This document shows positions 11,534-21,898 of a stretch of 64,000 bases of DNA, in pieces (positions within the stretch are counted from its first letter, which is position 1; each line of letters starts with the position of its first letter). This stretch comes from Schmidtea polychroa (lineage: Eukaryota), in NCBI GenBank assembly GCA_044892525.1, contig CM097885.1:82336001-82400000 (forward strand). Direction: 5' to 3'. The notes beneath the pieces were generated by a model, which worked only from the letters and a program-made list of their open reading frames with translations, did not search any database and had not been told where the DNA came from. Made by a program: the position numbers and the translations under genes.

Positions 11534-12531
11534 TTGACATAGTATTGTTTATCCTTGCCGACCTTTTTAGTTTTCAATATCTTTTGAATTCTAAATACTT
11601 TTGGGGGAGGAATGACTTGTAATTCCTGCTCATAAAATTTCCCTTGTACAATATTATTATCATAATCACTGATAACATACATTACAGGACTCTGGCTAGT
11701 ATTTATTTTTGAAATTACAAAGACTTCATCACTCCAATTTGTATCGAAATTTTTAATAAATGGTGATGCACTAATTTTACTAATTCTAACATGGTCACCT
11801 ACTTTATATTTCGGTTTTGTAATTTTTACAGGTTTTTTAGAATAGATTGTTTTTGAAGTGATATCAATCGGTCTTAATCCATTCAGTCCTCGATGTGATG
11901 AATGATTATAACTGGTTATTATTTTTGGTAAAACCAGTACCCATTTTTTATTACCTTGATGCACGAATAATTTCTTTAATCTATCTCTCAATGTTCGGTT
12001 AAATCTTCCAACATGAGCAGCTTTGTATTGAGAATGTACTGAGTAATGGTTTATTTTCAATTTATTGAGGATTTGCTTGACTTTACTGTTGTAGAATTCT
12101 TTACCTAAAATAATAATAATAATAATAATAATAATATTAATACCTAAATCCGTTTGCAAGTTATTAGGATGTCCATCTTTAAATAAATCATTAACAGCAT
12201 TAGACATTTCATCTGCAGATTTTGCCTTGACGGGTATTGCTCGGGCAAACCGACTGAATACATCAATACATGTTAAAATATATTTATACCCATTGTTAAT
12301 TTTCGAATAAGGTATCATCTCCATCAAATCCATTTGCCATAAATCATTTATTCCATATGTTTTATATACTTTTGTTGGGAATCGTTTCCGCATTGGTTTG
12401 TTCAAACTGTACGCAAGCTGGTCTGATAACCACTTCTGGGTTTCTTTTTTCGAATTCGGAACTCTTTTCTTTAATTTTGCCACTCCACCGAAACCGGCTT
12501 CGTCTTCGGGGTTCGTCCAAATCTTCTCCAT
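11479..12531 (-). CDS. int: Retroviral-type (rve) integrase with C-terminal chromodomain-like region; 39-nt intron at 12143-12105; catalytic Glu appears mutated
   Basis: WQMDL, IDVFSRFA, LQTD(L)GKEF after removing the GT...AG insert, HVGRFNRTL (usually ERFNRTL), YYVKWHGY...SWI. Likely ATG at 12531. Confidence 0.93.
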   Translation of the reverse strand: MEKIWTNPEDEAGFGGVAKLKKRVPNSKKETQKWLSDQLAYSLNKPMRKRFPTKVYKTYGINDLWQMDLMEMIPYSKINNGYKYILTCIDVFSRFARAIPVKAKSADEMSNAVNDLFKDGHPNNLQTDLGINIIIIIIIIILGKEFYNSKVKQILNKLKINHYSVHSQYKAAHVGRFNRTLRDRLKKLFVHQGNKKWVLVLPKIITSYNHSSHRGLNGLRPIDITSKTIYSKKPVKITKPKYKVGDHVRISKISASPFIKNFDTNWSDEVFVISKINTSQSPVMYVISDYDNNIVQGKFYEQELQVIPPPKVFRIQKILKTKKVGKDKQYYVKWHGYQNPSWISEEDLVK

Positions 12532-12589
12532 TACAACAAGAAGATTTAATATCAAATTTAATGTCTGGTAATGAAGGATTAGCACCCAT
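12362..12589 (-). CDS. Small ORF overlapping the integrase start, with N-myristoylation (MGxxxS) and CC motifs
   Basis: MGANPSLPDIKFDIKSSCCNG. A homologous open frame of the same extent exists in the relic at 42748-42972. Confidence 0.65.
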   Translation of the reverse strand: MGANPSLPDIKFDIKSSCCNGEDLDEPRRRSRFRWSGKIKEKSSEFEKRNPEVVIRPACVQFEQTNAETIPNKSI

Positions 12590-12592
12590 TGT

Positions 12593-13087
12593 TTATGATC
12601 GACTTCCTACAACTCCACCTAATAATGATATTGCTAAAGGTATCAATGCACCGATAAATCCCCCTTGTTGTTTATATATAATTTTTCTCATTTGTTGACG
12701 ATTTTTATTATTTACTAATGATAGCAAAGGTTTCCTATGTTTACTCAATAAATGCTTTTTAGATTTACTGATTTTGATCTTGCCTTTGACTACTTTAAGT
12801 ATAATATCGAGTAAATCATCGACAACATAATTTGGAAAAGATTGCAAAATACTGTTTCTTTTCATACTGGGTGCCTTTAACAATGTATTGAAAAACGGGA
12901 AACTCCGATGATTTTTAACAACTTTTACTTTCTTAATGGTTTTACTTTTAGGTTTAGGTTTAGGATTTTTCGAAATAAGATTCATTGCAGGAAAATTTTC
13001 TGTAATAAGTTCTTTAGATGGAGTATAACTAGTTGTTGGTGGAACTTTTGGTTGTTTTTTACTCGATATCCTTGTTTTTGAAAACAT
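12593..13087 (-). CDS. Lys-rich Polinton core protein with a QQGG motif followed by a hydrophobic helix
   Basis: KQQGGFIGALIPLAISLLGG C-terminus; conserved position between ATPase and integrase. Confidence 0.7.
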   Translation of the reverse strand: MFSKTRISSKKQPKVPPTTSYTPSKELITENFPAMNLISKNPKPKPKSKTIKKVKVVKNHRSFPFFNTLLKAPSMKRNSILQSFPNYVVDDLLDIILKVVKGKIKISKSKKHLLSKHRKPLLSLVNNKNRQQMRKIIYKQQGGFIGALIPLAISLLGGVVGSRS

Positions 13088-13100
13088 GATTTATGTGTTT

Positions 13101-13739
13101 TCAAATTTGTTTTGAACTTTGTTTATAAACCATGGCACCTTTTGGGTTGAAAATATCTGTTTTTACTCGTAAATCATCAGGACATTGTTGTGTGAAATCG
13201 AGAAATATATACCCATGAGGTATTTTCGTAGCATCTTGAAATGCATTGATAAGAAAATTACGGTTATTAGGGTATGCTTGTCGTCCAAGAAAATCAATGA
13301 CAGTTGCATCTCTAGGATTCTTGAAAATAACTAGATATTATACATTTAAATTACGTGTTCGATGTGCACCACCTTGATGAAATAGATTTTGTGTTATGAA
13401 AATAACTGTAACACCAACATGTCTGCTGATTTTTGTGAATTGATTATTAAAATCCTTTTCTTTATTGGCTTCTTGATACAAATCATCGATAATGATGACA
13501 TCATCTCTCTTCAAACGACTTGACCAGTTTTTATCAAAACCCTTTACTATTTTCATGTTTTTCAACTGACAGAAACTTGATTGCGTCAATCCGTGTTCTT
13601 CATCGGCGCCCCTATGCCAATAAATATTGTTGAATTTTATTTTGAACAAATTTGATTTTAGTAATTTACAAACAAATAATGTTTTTCCGCTACCACTTGG
13701 ACCAACGATTTGGTATACTGCATCATTTCGTAATTCCAT
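13101..13739 (-). pseudogene. A32/FtsK-like genome packaging ATPase with one in-frame stop (13338-13340)
   Basis: Walker A GPSGSGKT, Walker B VIIIDD, SRH and ITQN. After the TAA the frame continues YLVIFKNPRD...AFQDATKIPHGYIFLD...LRVKTDIF to TGA at 13101-13103. Confidence 0.93.
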
Positions 13740-13845
13740 TTTTTAAATTTAAACTATATAATTATTGTTTATATTGATAATTTAAATGAACTCCGTTTTA
13801 AAATAACTATATATATAACAGAGTTTTTATAATTATTTCATTAAA

Positions 13846-14259
13846 ATGCTTTCAAATATAAATTACAGGGCAAAAGCTGATGTATCAAAAATGGTATTTC
13901 CAATGGGGAAACCACAACAACTTATCAATAGAAGTAAAAAATATCCAATAATATATTTCAAAACTGGTAAATGTAGAATTATGGGGTGTAAGGAAATAAT
14001 CAAAGCTAGTGAATATAATGTTTATGATTTAGAAATACAATCGATAACCGTAACTTCCGATATAGGTTTTTTTTGTAATTTAAATGAATTGGCTAAATTA
14101 ATACCATGTGTTTACGAACCAGAATTATTTCCAGCTTTGAGATATATAAAATATAACCCTATGTGTGTAAATATATTCGCTAGCGGTAAGATAGTAATTC
14201 TTGGAATAAAAAATATTGATTACAAATGTATAGTTGATAATATCCTATCTGAAATTTAA
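13846..14259 (+). CDS. TBP: TATA-box binding protein (TBP)-like protein, 137 aa, inside the Polinton
   Basis: Second repeat IQS...YEPELFPALRY...IFASGKIVILGIK matches eukaryotic TBP IQN...YEPELFPGLIY...IFVSGKVVLTGAK. A shortened first repeat retains YFKTGKCRIMGCK. Confidence 0.88.
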   Translation: MLSNINYRAKADVSKMVFPMGKPQQLINRSKKYPIIYFKTGKCRIMGCKEIIKASEYNVYDLEIQSITVTSDIGFFCNLNELAKLIPCVYEPELFPALRYIKYNPMCVNIFASGKIVILGIKNIDYKCIVDNILSEI

Positions 14260-14427
14260 TCAATAATTGAAGGAAATGAATTTTTAGATTTTTTATTATC
14301 ACTTAATTAATTATTTATCATTGCAAATTCAATGCAATTGAAATGCATGATTCTGATTGGTCGAAATCTAATTGGCTGATGATTATTTATAACAAAATGT
14401 TTTCGGTTTAGTTGTCATTTTTAAACC

Positions 14428-14834
14428 ATGTACAACATACAAAGTTCAGCTATAGCAGCCATGAAAGAACATGAACATTATGGTAAATTTTAATTGTATA
14501 TATCATATTATTATTATTATTTACAGATGAATATCATGCAATAATACTGGAAAGATTGTATTTTTATTACCCGCAAATGTATGATATTCTCAAAGATCGA
14601 GATGTTGCAATAATCCCAGATTTAATTTACAATGAAACCAGAATCTGTATTTTCGATATTATCAATACATTTCTCTGGGATGTGAAGATTGGAAGAACAA
14701 TGAATGAAGTAGAAGTAGAATACCCTTGCAGTTTGGGTTGTAGCTGTTGCAATTTCCGCTACCAGAGATATGTCGAATGGTCTTTGGTAAAGACACTTCG
14801 TAATTACCATTTTTGTCAAATTTTATCCAAATAA
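14428..14834 (+). CDS. Spliced Polinton accessory gene (exons 14428-14482, 14527-14834), Cys-containing, unknown function
   Basis: A 44-nt GT-AG intron (14483-14526) joins an ATG exon in frame to the listed TTG-start ORF. ATTGG boxes lie upstream near 14355 and 14373. Confidence 0.7.
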
Positions 14835-15000
14835 ATTTTTATGTTTAACCATTTTTTGCTTTGTCTTTTTAGTAATAGAAATAATATTAATAATAATAAT
14901 AATAATTTTAATAATATAAAACGTGTGTCAATGCAATATCATTGCAATTTAAAACAAAGACATGCAGCAATCTGATTGGATGATAAACAATAGTCATAGG

Positions 15001-15008
15001 TATATAAA
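15001..15008 (+). promoter_or_regulatory. TATA box (TATATAAA) with an upstream ATTGG (CCAAT) box near 14975
   Basis: Lies 34 nt upstream of the ATG at 15042. Confidence 0.5.
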
Positions 15009-15041
15009 CCCTGTACCATTTCATTTTAATCATAATTCACG

Positions 15042-15461
15042 ATGACAAAGAAAATTTCAAGTACTGAAAAACCAAAAGTTGTTCCAGAACTTGTAAAACC
15101 TGTTCAAATGTTCCACAACTATAAAATGTATTTTTTAAAAGAAGAAATCAATATGAAATTGGTTGCACCAGTCAAGCTAATTCCAACTAAATTTCAATTC
15201 TTATCCGGCACGCTTTCAATGATTGATGTAAAAACTATTAATGATGTTTTTAAACGGTTGAATACGAATCTATCTTGTAATCAACATGCATTTTTCAACA
15301 ACCGATATGCAAGATTTTATGATTCCTTTGATGAAATCAGCTTCAAAGAAAACGAAAATTGGTATATAACAATTGCAATCCAAGGATATAAAGTTGATAA
15401 AATTGATGTGTATTCTCCAATTTGGAAAATTATGTCTGCTAGACTTTCACAGATATTTTAA
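15042..15461 (+). CDS. Polinton accessory protein, 139 aa, possibly an OB-fold ssDNA-binding protein
   Basis: Clean ATG-to-stop ORF with a TATA promoter. The beta-rich aromatic C-terminus (WYITIAIQGY...YSPIWKI) suggests the fold, which is unverified. Confidence 0.6.
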   Translation: MTKKISSTEKPKVVPELVKPVQMFHNYKMYFLKEEINMKLVAPVKLIPTKFQFLSGTLSMIDVKTINDVFKRLNTNLSCNQHAFFNNRYARFYDSFDEISFKENENWYITIAIQGYKVDKIDVYSPIWKIMSARLSQIF

Positions 15462-15564
15462 TAAATGTTGTTGTATTTAATAAATGTATTTAGTTATATT
15501 TGTTTTCGCTTATATTCTATATTTTCTATAAACAAATATATACTATAGTTTTAAAATACAAATA

Positions 15565-15905
15565 ATGACTACAGAAAAAGGTTAATATGATTAGTTAATT
15601 ATTGAATTATTTAATATTTAGAATTTATAATAAACTTTTTATTGGAAAAATTAGCAGAAATATCTGGTGTGAAAATGGAGGATATATTATCTGTTACAAA
15701 CGCATTACATATAGACTGGGTAACAGAGAGTGAAACTGATAAAGAAAACACTCCAGATGATGAGGAAAGTATTCAAGAAATTGATGAACCTATGGAGGAA
15801 TTTACAGATACTGAACCATGTGTATATAGCGATTGTATAGATCATGTTGTTGAAAATGTTATGAAATGTGGAGATGATGAATGTGAATGTGTTAATAAAT
15901 TTTAG
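15565..15905 (+). CDS. Spliced acidic, Cys-tipped accessory protein (exons 15565-15580, 15622-15905)
   Basis: A 41-nt GT-AG intron (15581-15621) joins ATG ACT ACA GAA AAA G in frame to the listed ORF. The last codons lie inside the right TIR. Confidence 0.7.
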
Positions 15906-16082
15906 TGTATATTTAAAGTATAATTTCTTTGTTAAAGTTTTGTCTTGAATATTTGTTAGCAGTACATTTGCGACCTTTAGCTTTGTGACCTTTACCTTTG
16001 TGAGCAGTACCCATAGAGGGACAGAATATTTTGTCGGATAGACTCGGAGTATATAGATTAATAATAATAATAATAATCTGAT

Positions 16083-16149
<67 letters not shown>

Positions 16150-16383
16150 TGTGTGTAATAATCATTTTATTTTGTCAACTTTTTCGTCAAAATAAGTTTT
16201 TAAATTTAAATTTTAAAATACCGCAACGTAATATATTTTTAAAAAAAAAATTTTTAAAAAAAGAAAAAAATAAAATAAAAAAAAAAGTACCCCACTTCGG
16301 GGAGGGGGTATGACGTAATTTCCTTTGTGGCGTCATCGATTACGTAATAGTTCTTTGTTCCCGGCTCCACACATTACCGTACT
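15888..16383 (-). repeat. Right terminal inverted repeat of the Polinton, containing a (TA)n microsatellite at about 16087-16146
   Basis: Reverse complement of 2415-3120. Confidence 0.92.
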
Positions 16384-16439
16384 TCTTATATCCAACGAAA
16401 ACCATAAACAATTGGAAGTTAGCATAAAATATAATTCAA

Positions 16440-16913
16440 AGAAAGATTATCATATGTATATATAAAATCAAACAGGCTTACTAATGATATTTTTTAAGAT
16501 CTTCTGCAAATAGAATATTCGAACAAAAATAAATTTGGCATAAAGTGTTTTTGTGACTAAAATGCGTTGGTATATATACCTATTTTTGTGTGTGCAAGTA
16601 AATTAATCATTAAAACAAACTCGATTTCTTTTTATTCTAGAATTTTCTATTTTCTATTTTTGATATCTTTAAAGGCAATTTTAGTGCCATAATTTTTGTT
16701 TTTATTTTTAAATTTTTATTTTCAAATTATTTTTTGCTAAATTTATTTAATTTCTTTGTTTATATTTTTGTTGTTTTTCTTCTTAATTAATATTATTTAT
16801 TTAGTGTATTTTTTTATATTTAACTGAACTTCTTGCTATTCGCGTGTTATGTACCCACGCACTCTAGTCACAAATTAGAGTTTTTGGGTCTAGAAATCAG
16901 TTCTAGCCCAACA
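16440..16913 (-). mobile_element. LTR-like family B copy, inverted and internally deleted
   Basis: Starts TGTTGGGCTAGAACTGATTTCTAGACCCAA on the minus strand; inverted homolog of 16978-17760. Confidence 0.7.
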
Positions 16914-16977
16914 CCATGCATTACAACATTCCACTCCGACATAAAATAAATAATAAGACAAAATGTTGATTTAATAT

Positions 16978-18150
16978 TGTTGGGCTAGAACTGATTTCTA
17001 GACCCAAACTTCTAATTGTGACTGAAATGTGTAGGTACACAACATGCAAAAAGCAAAAAGTATAGTTAAATATTAAAAATACACCAAATAAACAATAATG
17101 ATTAAAAGAGAAAGAACAAAAAATATAAACACAGAAATTAAATAAAATTATACAAAAGCAAAAAGTTATGCAAAATCTAACTCAAAAATAACCAAATAAA
17201 CATAGAGTTACAAACAACAAACTCGAATAACTTAAAAGACGGTAAAAACAGTAAAAAATTCCAGAAAAACCTAGAACATTCCATAAAAATGGCGATGACC
17301 ATCATAAAAGCTACCTTAAACAATAAAATTTAGAAAAAAAAATAAATAAATTAGTAATAAAAATAAAAAATCTTAAAAAGAAATTCATAAAACATCAGTT
17401 AAAATAAAAATTAAATTAAAAGTAATATAGAATGTTCTGGAACCGTTCCAAATCCATCATGGACGTAAAATTAATGAAAAATAATTAAAAAATAAAAATT
17501 AAAAAATAAAAACAAAAATTATGGCACAAAAATTGCCATTAAAAATATCAAAATCGCGAAATAGAAAATTCTGGAATAAAAAGAATTCGAGTTTGTTTTA
17601 ATGCATCAATACATACACGTGTACAAAATAGGTATATAGGTATATAGGTATATATACCGACACGTTTCGGTCACAATTGAATCACTTTATGCCAAATTTA
17701 TTTTTCTGCTGAAAATTTTGGAACTATTAGTAAGAACGATTTTATTTGCATCATAATATATTTTTTGTATAACTCATATTATTTTTAAAATTTTTTTTGT
17801 CTATTTTATTTTGGATCGTTGAATGTAAGAGTGGTTAGAGTCGTACCGATTGTATACGCCTCTGATCAGCCTTGCATTCAACCAGACTTTAAAATCAAAA
17901 GCCACATGCAGACATACATTATCCTTACTATATTTTTTTTGTTCGGTCATCGGAGGTCGTCCACTTCATGGTTCCACCATGGAGTTGTGTCGATAAAACC
18001 CCTCCGCTTTGGCTCCAACTATTTATTATCGGTCGACAGCGGTATGTTTCGACTCAACACTACAGTAGGGCTTGTCGTAGCGGTCACAGTGGGGCCGTGT
18101 AAGCAAGCATTCTTCCCTAGTTCAAATACAATACACAATTAAAATCAACA
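16978..18150 (+). mobile_element. LTR-like family B copy; right boundary tentative (…AAATCAACA)
   Basis: TGTTG start. The first ~660 bp are nearly identical to 22380-23040. Confidence 0.65.
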
Positions 18151-19493
18151 TTAAAATTTTCATACACTATTTCACACTAGGATCATAATTGAGTAGATCT
18201 CAGACTTAACTAAACATCATCTTACAATTCAATAATGCAGTCGGTTGGGCATCATTAAAGAACTCAGCTACACTTACACGTTTGTCGAACCTCATTTAGA
18301 AATAATTTTTCGTATCAGTGTAAATATCTTTCTCGAAATTAACCGTAATAATGCTCATAAAGAAGTTCGACAAGCGTGAATCGTAAAATGAACTATATAC
18401 TCTCCTGTTACACTTAAACATCAGTCTATAAATATATGATATTCCTAAACTATAGAAGATATGTTAGAAGCGCTAAATACTTAGAATTCCTGAATGGTAA
18501 ACTATAACTTACTACTGTACTTAGAATTATATTTGATAAATATGTAATACCTCTAAATTATCAATATAAGTTTATATCGTATAATTTATAAATGTGTAAA
18601 ATCCTAATTTATAAAATTTTACTTCATATTGTTTCTAAAAATATAATTCATAAATGTATAAAATATAATTTATAAATTTTAAATTGGGAAATACCTCTTA
18701 ATACTATGCCTGAAATACAATGCGTAATGTTCCTAAATTATAAAATCTTACTTTATACTATTCTTAAAAATATCATTTATAAATGTGTAAAATAGAATTT
18801 ATATCAAATTATAAGATATATGCTTGAAAAGAAATTTTAAATTGTGTAATACTCCCAAATTATAAAATTTTACCTTATATTATTCTTAAAATTATACTCT
18901 ATACCTGGGTAAAATATAATTTATAAACGTTAAATTGTAAAACGTAACTTAGTACTATGCTTGGAAAAAATAATTCATTATAAAATATAACCTAATTCTA
19001 TAGAATATAAGTTATAAATGTATAATATTCCTAAAGTACGAAAATGATTTTATATTGTACTAAAAAATTACAATTCATAAATATGTAACCTTACTAAATT
19101 ATAAGATTGTAGTAATTGTGACTGGTAGATCCTACCTTGAAATCACCAGTAGCAAACTAAAATATAAACTCCTACTACGTATAAAATATAAAACATATCT
19201 TAGTATTTTCTGTAACAAGTATAAAGTCGTACTACGCATAAATACAAATTACATCCTAGAATTATACATAAACTATAAGTTTATATTGCCCAGAAATTAT
19301 AGAATGTGACGTATGCGTAAAATGTAAATTACAAACTATCAGGTATAACTTTGGTTGTAAACTGTAATTTCGATATCCATAAATACAAGTTGTAAACTCC
19401 AAAGAATAGAAACTATAACTAGTTATATATAGTTTATGAGTCCGTAAAGTGTGAATTGCAAGGCTGAAGTATGGATTATGGAATAATTATATA

Positions 19494-19790
19494 AAGTATA
19501 AACCGTAAATTATTTGCATAAAAGTATAATCTAATTATATATCTCAATTACAAGCTTATAAAATACAATGGTAAATCTAAATTACAAATTGTAAACTTAA
19601 AATTATATATATGAAGTATAAACCGTAAATTATTTCTATACGGGTATAATCTAATTATATATCCCAAGTACAAGCTTATAAAATACAACAGTAAATCTAG
19701 ATTACAAATTGTAAACTTAAATTATATATGAAGTATAAACCGTAAATTATTTCTATAAAGGTATGATCTAATTATATATCCAAATTATAA
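19494..19790. repeat. Approximately 120-bp AT-rich tandem repeat, about 2.5 copies
   Basis: GTATAAACCGTAAATTATTT recurs at about 19496, 19616 and 19733. Confidence 0.8.
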
Positions 19791-21496
19791 AATTAGATAT
19801 CAAAATTATATATCTAATTATATATCTAAATTATATAAACTTATTAAATACAATCATAAATTTAGATTACAAATTATAAACTTATTAACTCCAAATCAGT
19901 AGTAGTTAATAAAATACAACCCATAGACTCAAACTCATGGAAATATAAATTGCAGACTCATATGTCTAAAACCTAAAATAAGAATTCTTATGAACGACCC
20001 CTTTTTGGGTAACCTGAAAAAATACAAACTTACATTGGTTAATATGATTATCATTATCAAATTTGTTATTATTGTCATTATTGTTACTGTTATTTCCGTT
20101 AGCATTATTATTAGTACCATAATTCCACTTTAGTATTATTAAAATGTTATATTTATTTTATACAGTAAGAATTATAAAACAAGTTATAGATTTAGGATTC
20201 ACCGTATTGTCAGATTTAAAATTAGCATACTCTGATCCAATGAAAACTATCAAAATCACCAAACTCTATTTTTAGTAACGACCCCCCAGAAAGCCATAGC
20301 AATAACAATAATTACCACCGAAATTTCATATAGGTATGTGTGGGTAGGTATATATAAAAATATGAATTAAGCTGTCCCCGAAAATACACCAAATTATACA
20401 ATAACCATGACAAAGTGCAATACCTGATTGAAGCTATAAAACCAATTTATTTCCAATCGAATCAAAAGAAAGTCGTAATTGTTAAAATTTATTTATACCG
20501 AAATTTCATATCATTTTCATTGAATCACATTTATACCAAAGTCCTTCGAACTTAGCTGATGTCCTGTCCTAATGAAATCCATTCCCGGAAGCCGGAGAGC
20601 TTTTACGAAATGCATTATTCTCTGTTTCAGCTTTCCTCGCCTTGAATGGACTAGTCCATAAGAGACAATTTGCCCCAGCTCAGCGGCTGGCATATTATCT
20701 GGAAGTGTTGATGTTGGAGGGCCGATGAGATCTCCTGCTTTCCTTTGAATTAGTCATAGACAGATAAATCGCGGTAAGCTCCACTCGAAGGATAGACTGG
20801 TAGAATGGACGTTGAGATATCCAATTTTTCGTGCCCCAACAGATAATTATAAATTCGCTAATATGGAATGAAAATTGAGATCATGTTAGAGTGAGGGTTA
20901 ACATCGCTGCGGAGAACTTTCATTAATGCTTCCAACGCTCTTTGCTCACTCGAGTTGCCACAACGTATTAATGGTCGATTGAGGTGGCTCCGGAAGATTC
21001 GGCCGGGTACTTCTAGCACTCAAGTAAGGTTAAGAGTTGTAGATAATCCCTGAAATATAACGTATTTATAAATGTCTAAACTTTCAATTTATCTTACATT
21101 ATGCAATCCAAATCAAGTAAAATTATATTGATTTGTTATTTAAAATTTGGTATTCAAAATTAATCTTAATTACTATAATAAAACACCGTATGATAAATGA
21201 CTTTTATACAAGGATAAAGTAAAGGTAACATTGACTTAAATTATTAGTTTACTGGTTGTCCAAAAATTTTAACATAATGAATTTCAGAATATTAACTTTA
21301 TTAGTCGAGGATATTTACAAATTAAAAATTAAAGTAAATTAGAATTGTGCACTCGGGTCTAAAAATCCGGAGGACGATAGTTCGGTGGCGCCAACATGAA
21401 TTGTTCTTATTTTTCTTAAACATCCGATCTATTACGGGCAACGGAAACGAGTGGAAGTTGACCTTAGTATAGAATTTAAAACCTTGCTTTCATATA

Positions 21497-21898
21497 ATGA
21501 CCGACAGAACTATAACAGAAATAATTATAGAAATGTCTCACTCCGACGACTCCAACGATGATGAAGCCTACAGACAAATGATCACGCGGCTCCGGACCCG
21601 GTACATCTGGTACCGGATCCATGATTGGAACCGGGGGTTGGACCTAGATAATTATGGTCCGATCATCCGAAGTGGCCCAGAGCCCGATGCCCCGGCGTGG
21701 GTGGAAACAGAGCCCGTTAACAATTTGTTACGAGAAGCCCGCGATCGAGCAGCTGTCGAGGTAGAAGTTGCCCAGATGCGACTGAAGAGAATCGAGCTCC
21801 AGCTCAGAGCCGAGGCAGAGGGAGTAACCCTCTAAAAGCTAGAAGAGACAGATGCTCCTCCACGAAAACGAGGGAGGCCCCGTAAGAACCCTGCCTAA
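21497..21898 (+). pseudogene. Small GC-rich ORF with coiled coil and C-terminal AT-hook, interrupted by one TAA (21833-21835)
   Basis: The frame continues after the stop as KLEETDAPPRKRGRPRKNPA*, containing the AT-hook core RGRP. Confidence 0.55.

Larger units (their letters stand above)
2415..16383 (-). mobile_element. Complete Polinton/Maverick (adintovirus-like endogenous virus)
   Basis: Termini are AGTAGGGTAATG... and ...CATTACCGTACT. TCTTAT is duplicated exactly at 2409-2414 and 16384-16389. Long TIRs enclose pPolB, protease, MCP, penton, integrase and ATPase genes. Confidence 0.97.

Noticed and set aside
3283-12531. Selective loss of virion genes with retained transposition function
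   Set aside because: The integrase has GGA (Gly) where the catalytic Glu of ERFNRTL is expected, so the transposition module is probably damaged too.
8886-13739. Alternative genetic code (TAA/TAG read as Gln) explaining the in-frame stops in MCP and ATPase
   Set aside because: TAA is the evident true terminator of MCP, penton, protease and the 12593 ORF. Frameshifts and a catalytic substitution also occur, so ordinary decay explains the stops.
15913-16149. ORF MYIYIYIY…
   Set aside because: Artefact of the (TA)n microsatellite in the right TIR.
21386-21400. TGGCGCCAACATG as a tRNA-Lys PBS
   Set aside because: Not preceded by an LTR CA end, and it needs an indel to match.
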